A stretch of 64,000 nt of DNA from Butyrivibrio sp. (GTDB lineage: Bacteria > Bacillota > Clostridia > Lachnospirales > Lachnospiraceae), in contig JAEEXE010000006.1 of NCBI GenBank assembly GCA_016291375.1, positions 43,588 to 107,587 of the forward strand, written 5' to 3'. The position numbers and the translations under genes are program-made. Of the stretch, positions 9,415-19,189 are shown one piece after another. Below the pieces are notes generated by a model. It saw only the letters and a program-made list of their open reading frames with translations, made no database searches and was not told the DNA's origin. The stretch's first letter is position 1; every line of letters starts with the position of its first letter.

Positions 9415-10020
9415 ATGACAGCTAAAGACGATAATCTCAGATGGAAATTAAAAAAAGAAGAACACGTCATTCAGGATGAATGGATAGATTTTAGAAAAAA
9501 CACTTATGAACTCCCAAACGGTGATGAGATCGGACCTGTCTATAATTTTTCAAAACACAGCTTCTCTCTCATCGTTGCCAAAGATGACAACGGAAAGTTT
9601 ATCTGCGTAAGACAATACAGACACGGCATTGACGATATCGCCACGGAATTTCCCGCAGGCGGAATAGAATACAAGGAAAAGAGCGATGTTCCCTATATTA
9701 CAAGGGATAATATCATTGCCACGGAGGAAGACGCCTTTGCTGCCGCAAAGAGAGAGCTTATTGAGGAAACAGGTTATGTTTCTGATAACTGGACTCATCT
9801 TATGACCATTCCCTCAAATGCAACTATATCAAACAGCAATGTCCACATCTATTCTGCTACAGGTTGCAAGCATGTCGCAGCCCAGGAGCTTGATGAATCT
9901 GAGTTTCTTTCGGTTGAACTGTTGGACGAAGAAGAACTTGTAAGGCGGATAAATGGCGGAGACTTTAAGCAGGCTCTTCACGTACTTGCTTATTACCTGT
10001 TTAAGCAAAAGGACGTATGA
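9415..10020 (+). CDS. NUDIX hydrolase (ADP-ribose pyrophosphatase-like)
   Basis: VRQYRHG, EFPAGG...AAKRELIEETGY, QELDESE; GGAG RBS before ATG 9415. Confidence 0.88.
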   Translation: MTAKDDNLRWKLKKEEHVIQDEWIDFRKNTYELPNGDEIGPVYNFSKHSFSLIVAKDDNGKFICVRQYRHGIDDIATEFPAGGIEYKEKSDVPYITRDNIIATEEDAFAAAKRELIEETGYVSDNWTHLMTIPSNATISNSNVHIYSATGCKHVAAQELDESEFLSVELLDEEELVRRINGGDFKQALHVLAYYLFKQKDV

Positions 10021-10064
10021 TGATCAGATTATAAGTATTTATATCATAAACAATAAAACGTCTC

Positions 10065-10093
10065 TTGCTAATACCCTACTCCTGTGATATATT
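10065..10093 (+). promoter_or_regulatory. sigmaA promoter of tRNA-Leu
   Basis: TTGCTA-17bp-TATATT with extended TGn. Confidence 0.65.
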
Positions 10094-10150
10094 AAGTAAG
10101 CGTGTTGCGTACAGCTGTACAGTTACGCAAGCACTTTTTCAAACATAAAC

Positions 10151-10233
10151 GCCGGCATGTCGGAATGGCAGACGATGCAGACTCAAAATCTGTTGTGGGT
10201 AACCACGTGTGGGTTCAAGTCCCACTGCCGGCA
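10151..10233 (+). tRNA. tRNA-Leu(CAA)
   Basis: Acceptor GCCGGCA/TGCCGGC+A, anticodon arm GCAGA-CTCAAAA-TCTGT, long variable arm, GGTTCAAGTCC T-arm; CCA not encoded. Confidence 0.97.
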
Positions 10234-10296
10234 CTTTTCTTTAAGCTGAATTTGCGCATTCCCGCGCTCTACACAGTCAGCATTTCCCATGAAACA

Positions 10297-10599
10297 TCAG
10301 ATTAGCGCAAAATCTTCTGAATCTTCAGGAAGAATCTCTTTTCCGTTGAGTTTGCAATCCGTGACAAAATAGTCCATGCCGGTTGCCCCAAGGCCTTTTC
10401 TGCCTTTAAGCACCAGATGCACTTTTTTATCCTCCGTCATATACTCTTCGGATATACCATTTGCTTTTTTGGAATTTTCTAAAACCTTCTTAAAATCCCC
10501 AATAAATGCAGGAATTATTACAGAGCCTATGCCCTGACCTACTGTCGGACCATAGATACCGATTATCTCATGAAGTAATATCTTTCTAAGTTCATCCAT
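10297..10599 (-). CDS. hypothetical protein
   Basis: 100-aa ORF just downstream of ppaC; no recognised motif. Confidence 0.65.
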   Translation of the reverse strand: MDELRKILLHEIIGIYGPTVGQGIGSVIIPAFIGDFKKVLENSKKANGISEEYMTEDKKVHLVLKGRKGLGATGMDYFVTDCKLNGKEILPEDSEDFALI

Positions 10600-10615
10600 G
10601 TGCAAGCCTTTCATA

Positions 10616-12262
10616 TTACTGCTGAATCGTCTCAACTATAGCAGGAAGAAGCTGTTTCTTACGGGAAACAACTCCCGGTAATGTTGCAGTGTCACCTGTA
10701 ACGGTAATTCCAAACGCACTGTTAAGTGTGTGCTGAGCCTTGGTTCCGGAGAAGATTATCTCTGAAGACTCGGAAATAATGTTGGTAAGCATAAAGAACA
10801 GCATATCCAGTCCGTCTTCCTTAGCCACAGTATCAAGCTCAGGTTTAAGTCTTTTCTTAATCTCTATAAGCTCCTCTGCGCTCATGGAATTGATCTGTCC
10901 AATTCCTATCGTAAGGTCATCAACAGTGAATTTCTTGAAATCCTGATGAAGGATCTCACTTGCTGATTTTCCGCTTAAGTTAGATCCTGCATGGAACATC
11001 TCTTTTGCAAATTCTTCAAAATCAACTTCTGCAATCTTTGCAAGTTCCTCTCCTGCGTTCTTATCAATAACTGTGCAGGTAGGTGATCTGAACATCAGCG
11101 TATCCGAAAGAATTGCCGCAAGCAAAAGGCCTGCTGTTGTCTTATCAATTTCAACTCCGTATTCCTTGTACATAAGGTAGATGATTGAACAGGTTGAGCC
11201 AAGGGGCTGATTTCTAAAGAATACAGGTCCCGCAGTCTCAATCGTGCGAAGTCTGTGATGGTCTATGATCTCCAGGATATCTGCAGAATCCGCTCCGTTA
11301 ACTGCCTGATTTTTTTCATTGTGATCTACAAGGATCAGCTGTTTCTTTTTGGCACCCAGGAAGTTACGTCTACTGATCATTCCTATGTAATGGTTACTCT
11401 TATCGAGAATGGGGAAATATCTGTGACGAGTCTGGGCCATAACATCCTGAATATCCTCAATGTAATCATCCATGTGGAAATGAGCCAGATTATTCTTTTT
11501 CATAACATGCTCGATAGGGATACTCTGATTAATAAGTCTGGCAACAATAAAAGTATCGTGAGGTGTTGTTATTATCTTGGTTCCGTGCTCTTTGGCCTGA
11601 GTCTGGATTGTCTTAGCAACTTCTGCGCCTTCACAGACAATTATGCATCCTGCATTCATCTCAATGGCACAAAGCTGCGTCTCATAGCGGTTTCCAAGAA
11701 TTACAACGTCGCCCTCTTCGATAAGACTCTCCATCATCTCGGGACTTGCGGCAGCAATAACCACTTTCCCCTTGGAGAGATTATCATCTATATTCCCAAC
11801 AATAAGTTCGCCGTCTAAAGTCTCAACAATATTCTTATATGAAGTCCCCGCCTGTGCAAGTATTCCCGGGTCAATAACATCCATATATGTTTCTACGATA
11901 TCATTGGTTGTAACAATACCGCTTAATTCGTCGTTCTCAGTAACACAAAGGGTTACTACTTCGGCATCTCTCATCTTGGCCCATGCATTTTTGAGAGAAA
12001 GATCCGCCTTGACGCCATCAAGCATCCTTATCTCCATATCACGAACCTGAGTCCTCACATCCTTGATGTATGCAGGCACTTCAACATCAAAATGTGAAAG
12101 CACAAACTGAGTCTCCTCATTGAGGTGTCCAGCTCTGCACGCGATATACTCCCCTCCGGTAATCTTGTTCTTGAGGTTTGCGTAAGTAATCGCAGCACAT
12201 ATGGAATCCGTATCAGGATTCTTGTGTCCTATGACAATTACAGGCCTATTCTGCTTTTCCAT
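10616..12262 (-). CDS. ppaC: Mn-dependent inorganic pyrophosphatase with CBS-DRTGG regulatory insert
   Basis: GHKNPDTDS, LVDHNE, IIDHH, SDTL, VSRKKQ; CBS/DRTGG region (GNRYETQ). Confidence 0.93.
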   Translation of the reverse strand: MEKQNRPVIVIGHKNPDTDSICAAITYANLKNKITGGEYIACRAGHLNEETQFVLSHFDVEVPAYIKDVRTQVRDMEIRMLDGVKADLSLKNAWAKMRDAEVVTLCVTENDELSGIVTTNDIVETYMDVIDPGILAQAGTSYKNIVETLDGELIVGNIDDNLSKGKVVIAAASPEMMESLIEEGDVVILGNRYETQLCAIEMNAGCIIVCEGAEVAKTIQTQAKEHGTKIITTPHDTFIVARLINQSIPIEHVMKKNNLAHFHMDDYIEDIQDVMAQTRHRYFPILDKSNHYIGMISRRNFLGAKKKQLILVDHNEKNQAVNGADSADILEIIDHHRLRTIETAGPVFFRNQPLGSTCSIIYLMYKEYGVEIDKTTAGLLLAAILSDTLMFRSPTCTVIDKNAGEELAKIAEVDFEEFAKEMFHAGSNLSGKSASEILHQDFKKFTVDDLTIGIGQINSMSAEELIEIKKRLKPELDTVAKEDGLDMLFFMLTNIISESSEIIFSGTKAQHTLNSAFGITVTGDTATLPGVVSRKKQLLPAIVETIQQ

Positions 12263-12317
12263 ACTATCTCCTAAAAAATCTCAACGTAAATCATAGGAAA
12301 ACAATTTCCTATGATAT

Positions 12318-12358
12318 AAAAATGCGTTAATACTGTTATATACAATATTAACGCATTT
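12318..12358 (-). terminator. intrinsic terminator
   Basis: AAATGCGTTAATA / TATTAACGCATTT stem followed by T-run on the minus strand. Confidence 0.6.
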
Positions 12359-12400
12359 ATGGTTGTTATTTCTATAATTTTTTAGAACAATTATTAATCA

Positions 12401-13570
12401 TCATTCTTCTACAAGTGAAAAGTTTGAAAGCAGTTTATCGCAGTCGCTTTCAGTAATGCCCAAAACAGTGATGTATCCATTAAAGTCATTATTGACAAAA
12501 ATAACTCTTTTTTCAACACAAGAAGCATTATTATCGAATGTAATAGTTGATACTCTGCTCAGACAGGGTTTTCCGAGAAATTCATCTTTCGATACTTCAA
12601 CATTTACATCCTTCACCTTTTCAACACTACTTTTCAGCTCTTCCTTTTGCTTCTCTATATTTTCTTCCTTAGATTCTATATCAACAAGTGATTGTATCAG
12701 CTCATCATCGCCTTTTCCGGCATATCTCATAAGTTTAATACCCATATTACGATACACTCGTAGCTCAACCATATTGACCATACCATCTGAAGCAAGCATT
12801 TCCGTCCTGGGCTTATTTCCATCAACATCTTCCTTCAAGCCTTGATTAAAATCTTCATTGGTATTTCCATCCCCATTTGCAAGTTCCTTTTCAGAAGTAT
12901 ATTTATAACCACTTGATTTTTCGAATTTTACTCCAAGTGCATGACTTACAAAAGTATCGCCATTATATTCAGGATACTCGTAGGGCGTATTTTCCCTTAA
13001 TGAATTTATGTCTCGCTCCGCTGAGTTCCCCTCGTTTGATGACTCGGAAGCACTTTCTTTTGTCTTAGAAGTCTCTGTTTCTTCCTCTTCTTCCTCTTCT
13101 ACGTCTTCCTTTTCTGTATAAGATGTAGGAATAGCAACAGAGCGTTCTTCCGATGCATACTCTGAGGTAGATGCAGCTATTGCCGGATCTTCAGTAGAAG
13201 GCGTCTTATATGAATTAGAATTAAGATTATATATAGTGAACAGAACCAAAACAGCAACAACCGCACCACCGATATACATCAAATACTTATTGTCCCAGCC
13301 CTTCTTTTGAGGAAACTGATTGTAAGGCTGTTGATATCCCTGCTGATTCATATTTACATTTGAATTTATATTTGTACCGGAATTCTTAAGCGGATTAAAT
13401 TCCGCATTGTTCTGCGGATTTGGACTTGAATTAACATTAGTATTAAATCCTGCATTATTCTGCGGATTTTGATACATATTTCCATTTGTTGCAAATCCTG
13501 CATTATTCTGCGGATTCGAATTTGGATTTGAACCCATTGGGTTCCATGATGAATTATTCTGATTTTCCAT
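12401..13570 (-). CDS. hypothetical single-pass membrane protein with N/Q-rich N-terminus
   Basis: NPQNNAGF repeats, TM helix YLMYIGGAVVAVLVLFTIY, acidic linker, extracellular domain. Confidence 0.75.
   Translation of the reverse strand: MENQNNSSWNPMGSNPNSNPQNNAGFATNGNMYQNPQNNAGFNTNVNSSPNPQNNAEFNPLKNSGTNINSNVNMNQQGYQQPYNQFPQKKGWDNKYLMYIGGAVVAVLVLFTIYNLNSNSYKTPSTEDPAIAASTSEYASEERSVAIPTSYTEKEDVEEEEEEETETSKTKESASESSNEGNSAERDINSLRENTPYEYPEYNGDTFVSHALGVKFEKSSGYKYTSEKELANGDGNTNEDFNQGLKEDVDGNKPRTEMLASDGMVNMVELRVYRNMGIKLMRYAGKGDDELIQSLVDIESKEENIEKQKEELKSSVEKVKDVNVEVSKDEFLGKPCLSRVSTITFDNNASCVEKRVIFVNNDFNGYITVLGITESDCDKLLSNFSLVEE
13397..13517. repeat. three 48-bp-period coding repeats
   Basis: AAATCCTGCATTATTCTGCGGATT-like core starting at 13397, 13445 and 13493. 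Confidence 0.85.
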
Positions 13571-13664
13571 GTACTTACTCCCCTAACAAAACTTTATTTA
13601 TATGATAATCTAGAGTATACATCAATTTAATTATGAAGTAAATGTTAATTTTATAAAAAACGAA

Positions 13665-13705
13665 ATAAACAAAAGAAGAGGACCTCAGTCCTCTTCTTTG
13701 TTTAT
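13665..13705 (-). terminator. intrinsic terminator after the ABC transporter operon
   Basis: AAAGAAGAGGAC-CTCA-GTCCTCTTCTTT stem with T-rich tail. Confidence 0.8.
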
Positions 13706-13731
13706 CTGCAGTGCCGTTCTCCACGCACTTT

Positions 13732-15462
13732 TTACGCAAATTGGCTGTTATAAAGTTCGTAATAAAAGCCTTCTTTTGCGAGAAGCTCATTATGATTACC
13801 CTGCTCAATTATGTGACCATCCTTCATAACAAGAATCACATCTGCTTCTCTTATCGTAGAAAGTCTATGAGCAACAATAAAGCTTGTTCTTCCGCTCATC
13901 ATCTTATTAAAGGCCTTCTGTATCCTTATCTCTGTACTTGTATCTATTGATGACGTCGCTTCATCAAGGATCAACATAGGAGGAATATTAAGCATTACTC
14001 TTGTAATACACAAAAGCTGCTTCTGGCCCTGTGAGAGATTGCCCCCATTCTCTGAGATAACGGTGTTATAGCCATCAGGAAGCCTTTTAATAAAGCTGTG
14101 AGCGTGAGAAGCCTTGGCTGCTTCAATTATCTCTTCATCTGTAAAGCCTTCTCTTCCAAGAGTGATATTCTCTTTTATGGTTCCGCTTCTAAGCCAAGTC
14201 TCCTGAAGTACCATTCCGAAGTTATTTCTAAGATCAGCTCTTTTAATATCTCTGATATCAGTTCCGTCAATAGTGATCTTACCCTTATCAACATCATAGA
14301 ATCTCATAAGTAGATTAATAAGGGTCGTCTTACCGCTTCCCGTGGGACCTACTATGGCAACCCTTTGCCCTTTTTTGATATCAAGATCAAGGTCTTCAAT
14401 AAGACTCTTGTTTTTATCATAAGAAAATGCAACATCCTGAATGCAGATATTTCCATCCGGCGTAAAATCCGCAGGAGCATCCTTAGAATCAGCAACTTCC
14501 GGCTTTTCTTCAATAAGAGCAAATACCCTCTCTGCGCAGGCAAGAGCATTTTGAAGTTCAGTTACAACACCTGAGATTTCATTAAAAGGCTTGGTATACT
14601 GTGTCGCATAGCTCAGAAAAATAGTAAGACCACCTACTGTCATCCTTCCTGAAATACATGCAAACGCTCCAAACAAAGCAACCGCAGCATAGACCAGGTT
14701 ATTGATAAATCTTGTCCCCGGGTTTGTAATGGCAGAAACAAATACGGCTTTGACGGAAGCATCAAAAAGCCTGTCATTGGTATCATCAAAGGCAACCATA
14801 TTCTCATCTTCATGAGCAAATGCCTTAACCACGGACATATTTCCTATCATCTCATCTATAAAGCCCGTCTGTTCAGATCTTGCCTCGCTCTGTCTTTTGA
14901 ACAATTCAAAAGACTTATTTGCAATAAATCTTGCAAGTAATAATGACAACGGAGTAAGCGCAACAACTACTATTGCTATCCTAAAATTAAGATAGAACAT
15001 AAACAGAAGTGTTCCTACTATAGTGACTATTCCGGTAAACAACTGAGTAAATCCCATTAATAATCCATCAGAAAAAAGATCCACATCAGCTATTATCCTA
15101 CTGACAATATCACCTGTCTTGACCTTATCAAGGTACTCAAAAGGAAGGCTTTGAAGCTTATCAAACGCCTCTGCTCTTACATCTCTTACAACCTTAAAGG
15201 TAACTGCGTTATTAGCCTTATTCATTATCCACTGTGAAACAGCAGTAACACCGATCACAATAAGCATTTTAAACAGGATAAATGATACGCCTTTAAAATC
15301 CACATCCGCCTTGCCGACAATGCAGTCAACAGCATTACCCGCAAGAATAGGCACATACAAAGACAAAGTAGCCGTAAGTACTGCCAGTATCATGGATAAA
15401 AAGATAAGTCCACGGTATTTACCCGCATGGGAAAGTACTTTTCTTAATGTATTCTTTTTCAT
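13732..15462 (-). CDS. ABC exporter, fused permease/ATPase subunit
   Basis: 6-TM N-terminal domain, GPTGSGKT, LSQGQ, ILDEATS, IVAHRL. Confidence 0.93.
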   Translation of the reverse strand: MKKNTLRKVLSHAGKYRGLIFLSMILAVLTATLSLYVPILAGNAVDCIVGKADVDFKGVSFILFKMLIVIGVTAVSQWIMNKANNAVTFKVVRDVRAEAFDKLQSLPFEYLDKVKTGDIVSRIIADVDLFSDGLLMGFTQLFTGIVTIVGTLLFMFYLNFRIAIVVVALTPLSLLLARFIANKSFELFKRQSEARSEQTGFIDEMIGNMSVVKAFAHEDENMVAFDDTNDRLFDASVKAVFVSAITNPGTRFINNLVYAAVALFGAFACISGRMTVGGLTIFLSYATQYTKPFNEISGVVTELQNALACAERVFALIEEKPEVADSKDAPADFTPDGNICIQDVAFSYDKNKSLIEDLDLDIKKGQRVAIVGPTGSGKTTLINLLMRFYDVDKGKITIDGTDIRDIKRADLRNNFGMVLQETWLRSGTIKENITLGREGFTDEEIIEAAKASHAHSFIKRLPDGYNTVISENGGNLSQGQKQLLCITRVMLNIPPMLILDEATSSIDTSTEIRIQKAFNKMMSGRTSFIVAHRLSTIREADVILVMKDGHIIEQGNHNELLAKEGFYYELYNSQFA

Positions 15463-17183
15463 ACCGCTCCCTCCTGCTTGTACTGAGAATCATATATCTC
15501 TTTGTATAGCTCGCAGCAAGAAAGAAGCTCATCGTGGGTTCCGATACCGGCAACTGCACCGTTATCAAGAACTATTATCTTGTCGCAATCATGAACCGAT
15601 GAGGTTCTCTGTGAAACTATAAATGTTGTAGGCGCATTCTCCATATCCGCTATAGCATGTCTGAGATTCTTATCCGTCAGAAAATCAAGGGCTGATGCGC
15701 TGTCATCAAGTATCAGTATCTCCGGCTTTTTTACAAGAGCTCTGGCAATTGTAAGTCTCTGCTTCTGACCACCGGAAAAGTTCTTTCCGCCCTGTGAAAC
15801 CATATGATCAAGTCCGTTTTCTTTGCCTCTTACAATTTCCTCCGCCTGAGCGATCTTAAGAGCTTCATATATATCTTCATCAGTTGCACCCGCATTTCCC
15901 CAGCGCATATTATCGCGAATGGTTCCGTGGAAAAGAACTGCCTTCTGAGGGACTATGCCAATTTTCTCCCTAAGAGCCTCAAGCTTGTAGTTCTTAACAT
16001 CTTTTCCGTCAATAAGAACTGCGCCCTCTCGTACATCGTAAAACCTTGGGATAAGATTTATCAATGTAGATTTACCGCTTCCTGTTCCTCCGATAACGCC
16101 TATTTTTTCGCCGCGTTTAACATCAAAGCTTACATGTTCAAGAGAATCTTCACTATCTCCCGCATAGCGCATGCAAGCATCTTTGAATTCTATCTGAGTA
16201 TCTGTATTTTCAAAAGTTTCGTCATCTCCGTCCTGCATCGAAGACTTAAGTTCAAGAAGCTCCTGTACTCTGTCTCCGGAAGCAATTGCCTTGGTAATTG
16301 TAATAACAAGGTTTGCAAGCTTAATAAGCTCAATAAGGATCTGAGACATATAATTATAAAGAGCAACCACCTGACCTCTTGTAAGCTCTCCGTTATTTAC
16401 AAGAAAAGCGCTCTTATAAATAAGATAAGCAATCGCAAGATTCAGTATGACAAAAGTTACAGGATTCATAAGAGCGCTAACGCCGCCCACAAATTCCTGA
16501 AGCTTCATAAGCTCATTATTGCTTTTATGAAACTCCTCTTTTTCTTTATTCTCAAGGCCAAAAGCACGTATTACTCTAACACCCGTGTGGTTTTCTCTGG
16601 TAAGTCCAAGAAGCTTATCAAGCCCCTTTTGTATCCGTCCATAACCGGGGATGTTAAACGCCATAATTGCAGCAACAACAGCAAAGAGCATTATGATCGT
16701 AACCACAAAGATCATCGCCTGCCTAAAATCAATGGTAAATGCCATGATCATTGCGCCAAACACAACAAAAGGCGATCTTAAAACAAGTCTTATCGTAAGA
16801 TTGACACCCTGTTGCACCTGATTTATATCACTGGTCATACGCGTGATCATTGCAGATGTCCCAACCCTGTCCATATCAGAAAAAGACAGGCTCTGTATAT
16901 TGGCAAAAAGAGCTCTTTTTACCTTTCTGGCAAATCCCGCTGCAGCCTTTGCGGCAAAATACTGTGCTGTCACAGCCGTAATAAAGCCGATAAAGCAAAG
17001 CGCCACCAATACGCCGCACATTTTTAGTACGTAGGTTCTGTCTCCTGCAGTAATTCCTTTATCTATCATTGAAGCGATAACAAGCGGAACAAGAAGTTCA
17101 AATGAAGCTTCAAGGAGTTTAAACAAAGGACCAAATATAGTTTCTTTTTTGTATTCCTTAAGATAGGTAAGTAACTTTCTCAT
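15459..17183 (-). CDS. ABC exporter, fused permease/ATPase (degenerate-site partner of a heterodimer)
   Basis: GGTGSGKS, FSGGQ, ILDDS (D in place of the catalytic E), VSQR (Q in place of the H-switch); 4-bp overlap with partner. Confidence 0.93.
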   Translation of the reverse strand: MRKLLTYLKEYKKETIFGPLFKLLEASFELLVPLVIASMIDKGITAGDRTYVLKMCGVLVALCFIGFITAVTAQYFAAKAAAGFARKVKRALFANIQSLSFSDMDRVGTSAMITRMTSDINQVQQGVNLTIRLVLRSPFVVFGAMIMAFTIDFRQAMIFVVTIIMLFAVVAAIMAFNIPGYGRIQKGLDKLLGLTRENHTGVRVIRAFGLENKEKEEFHKSNNELMKLQEFVGGVSALMNPVTFVILNLAIAYLIYKSAFLVNNGELTRGQVVALYNYMSQILIELIKLANLVITITKAIASGDRVQELLELKSSMQDGDDETFENTDTQIEFKDACMRYAGDSEDSLEHVSFDVKRGEKIGVIGGTGSGKSTLINLIPRFYDVREGAVLIDGKDVKNYKLEALREKIGIVPQKAVLFHGTIRDNMRWGNAGATDEDIYEALKIAQAEEIVRGKENGLDHMVSQGGKNFSGGQKQRLTIARALVKKPEILILDDSASALDFLTDKNLRHAIADMENAPTTFIVSQRTSSVHDCDKIIVLDNGAVAGIGTHDELLSCCELYKEIYDSQYKQEGAV

Positions 17184-17208
17184 ACAATCTTCCCATTATT
17201 CATTATTA

Positions 17209-18534
17209 TCAATAATTTATTCTAAGCCCCTTAGGGTAATGATTCTTGATCATTCCTCCGGCATATTTGCCCCATCCAATGCTGTAGCCATCTGTGGTTA
17301 TAAGGCACCATCCCTTTTTTAATTCGCTCAAAACCCTTAGAGTCTGTCCGTTTAGATATGACTTTATCTCCTCAGAATCAGAAGGAATATCGTAGGTCAC
17401 ATTTACCTGTTCAGGTTTTAGAAAAAGAGCCAGCGCATGATTGGGTTCAAATCTGTCTTTTACAATCTCGCCAAGATGAAGCCCCGGTCTCAAAACTTTA
17501 AGACCGTTTACACTAGGCATATTGGCAGGGATTAGATAAATCTGTTTGCCAAATATGATAATACTCTTTGAGTCAAGAAGATTCTCCAAAACTCCCTTCT
17601 TAAGCGCCTCTTCGCAGAAAGTATAAAAGGGTTTCAGAAGATCTTTTTTGACAGGAACGTTCCTTCCTCCCGGAATATACTTACTATCGCTTATAAGTTC
17701 ACCTTCTCTTTGTAGGACGCACAGAAAATGTCCCTCGCCATTATCCTTATGCGGCCATAATCTTCGTCTCTCCACCTCTTTAAAATCAGAATGTCTTGTC
17801 AAAAAAGCTTCTATATTGTCTTCATTTTCTTCTCTTGAAAAAGTACAGGTGGAGTAAACCATATGCCCGCCGGGAAGCAGCATCTTTGATGCATAGTCCA
17901 AAATCTCAGACTGTCTTACCGCACAGGCAAGCACGTTCTCATAGCTCCATTCATCTGCGGCATTGTCGTTTTTTCTAAACATTCCCTCACCGGAACATGG
18001 TGCGTCAATTAAGATCTTATCAAAGTATCCCTCAAAAACCTCTGATAAATGCTGTGGTGTCTCATTAAGAACCATAGCATTAGAAACGCCAAGTCTCTCT
18101 ATATTCAGAGATAATATCTTAGCTCTGTCCCTATTGATCTCATTAGTTACAAGAAGGCCTTGTCCCTGAAGCTTACATGCAATCTGAGTTGTTTTTCCTC
18201 CGGGAGCAGCACAAAGATCAAGTATCTTTTCACCCGGATGAACATCGAGATAGCTTACAGGGGCCATAGCACTTGGTTCCTGAATATAATATAACCCGGC
18301 TTCATGATAAGGATGTTTACCCGGAGTAGCTTCGCCTGCATAATAAAATCCCGTATCTTCCCACGGGACATTACCTGTAATATACTCCTGTTTTTCTATA
18401 AACTCCTTATTACATTTTAAAGTATTAGCTCTAAGTGCATGGTATCTTTTATCTTCTTCAAAAGCAGTGATAAATGCATCATATTCATCACCGAGGAACT
18501 CTTTCATCCTCTCTTTAAAGCTTTCCGGTAACAT
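17209..18534 (-). CDS. RsmF/RsmB-family RNA cytosine-C5 methyltransferase
   Basis: YIQEPSAM, LDLCAAPGGKT, DAPCSGEG, YSTCT, C-terminal KNHYPKGLR. Confidence 0.92.
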   Translation of the reverse strand: MLPESFKERMKEFLGDEYDAFITAFEEDKRYHALRANTLKCNKEFIEKQEYITGNVPWEDTGFYYAGEATPGKHPYHEAGLYYIQEPSAMAPVSYLDVHPGEKILDLCAAPGGKTTQIACKLQGQGLLVTNEINRDRAKILSLNIERLGVSNAMVLNETPQHLSEVFEGYFDKILIDAPCSGEGMFRKNDNAADEWSYENVLACAVRQSEILDYASKMLLPGGHMVYSTCTFSREENEDNIEAFLTRHSDFKEVERRRLWPHKDNGEGHFLCVLQREGELISDSKYIPGGRNVPVKKDLLKPFYTFCEEALKKGVLENLLDSKSIIIFGKQIYLIPANMPSVNGLKVLRPGLHLGEIVKDRFEPNHALALFLKPEQVNVTYDIPSDSEEIKSYLNGQTLRVLSELKKGWCLITTDGYSIGWGKYAGGMIKNHYPKGLRINY

Positions 18535-18570
18535 AATAATCCTCTGTTTTCAAAAATCTCTAATATTGAT

Positions 18571-18602
18571 TAAAAGGCTGCCACGATAATACGAGGCAGC
18601 CT
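18571..18602 (-). terminator. intrinsic terminator
   Basis: AGGCTGCC...GGCAGCCT stem with TTTT tail on the minus strand. Confidence 0.7.
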
Positions 18603-18608
18603 GCGAAG

Positions 18609-18977
18609 TCAAATCTTGTGCTCTTTAATAAATTTCTTAATACCTTTAAAGGTCTGCGGACTAATAATATGCTCAATCCTACATGCATCTGTCTCGGCAG
18701 TCTCAGCGTCAACTCCTGCAGTCATCATAAGGAATTTGGTGAGATTGGTGTGTTTCTCATAAACAGCCTTGGCTGTCTTAACACCTTCATCGGTAAGAAC
18801 AAGCTCTCCGTCATCTTCTACAGTAAGAAGCCCGCTATCTTTTAATAAACCTACTGCTCTGGAAACACTTGGCCTTGAATAGTTAAGCTCGTTGGCTACA
18901 TCTATAGACCTGACCGATCCGTTTCTCTTCTTTAAAAGGTATATTGTCTCGATATAATCTTCTCCGGATTCGTGCAT
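18609..18977 (-). CDS. DtxR/MntR-family metal-dependent regulator (no SH3/FeoA domain)
   Basis: EDYIETI, SRPSVS, YEKH, DACRIEH motifs. Confidence 0.9.
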   Translation of the reverse strand: MHESGEDYIETIYLLKKRNGSVRSIDVANELNYSRPSVSRAVGLLKDSGLLTVEDDGELVLTDEGVKTAKAVYEKHTNLTKFLMMTAGVDAETAETDACRIEHIISPQTFKGIKKFIKEHKI

Positions 18978-19042
18978 AGTCTCATTCCTTTCGTCAGCAT
19001 TATTTTATTCCGGGTCAAAAGACCCTTTTTAAACATATACTA

Positions 19043-19071
19043 ATTATATTGCCCACAACCTATGTTTACAA
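19043..19071 (-). promoter_or_regulatory. sigmaA promoter of the DtxR-family gene
   Basis: TTGTAA-17bp-TATAAT. Confidence 0.7.
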
Positions 19072-19106
19072 CCCTAAAATAATAAAGAAAAACTTAAGCC
19101 ACAACT

Positions 19107-19143
19107 TAAAAGAGGCCACTTTGCATCTCGCAAAGTAGCCTCT
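19107..19143 (-). terminator. rny terminator
   Basis: AGAGGCTACTTTGC-N5-GCAAAGTGGCCTCT followed by TTT. Confidence 0.8.
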
Positions 19144-19189
19144 CCACTACATTTTCAAATTTGGTGGCCAATAATAACGACAAACATTA

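Noticed and set aside
10233-10599. Possible element integrated at the tRNA-Leu 3' end
   Set aside because: No integrase and no duplicated tRNA end seen
13397-13517. Regularly spaced repeats as a possible CRISPR array
   Set aside because: In-frame coding repeats, only three copies, no cas genes
13732-17183. Degenerate catalytic motifs in one ABC subunit
   Set aside because: Normal for heterodimeric exporters of the TM287/288 type
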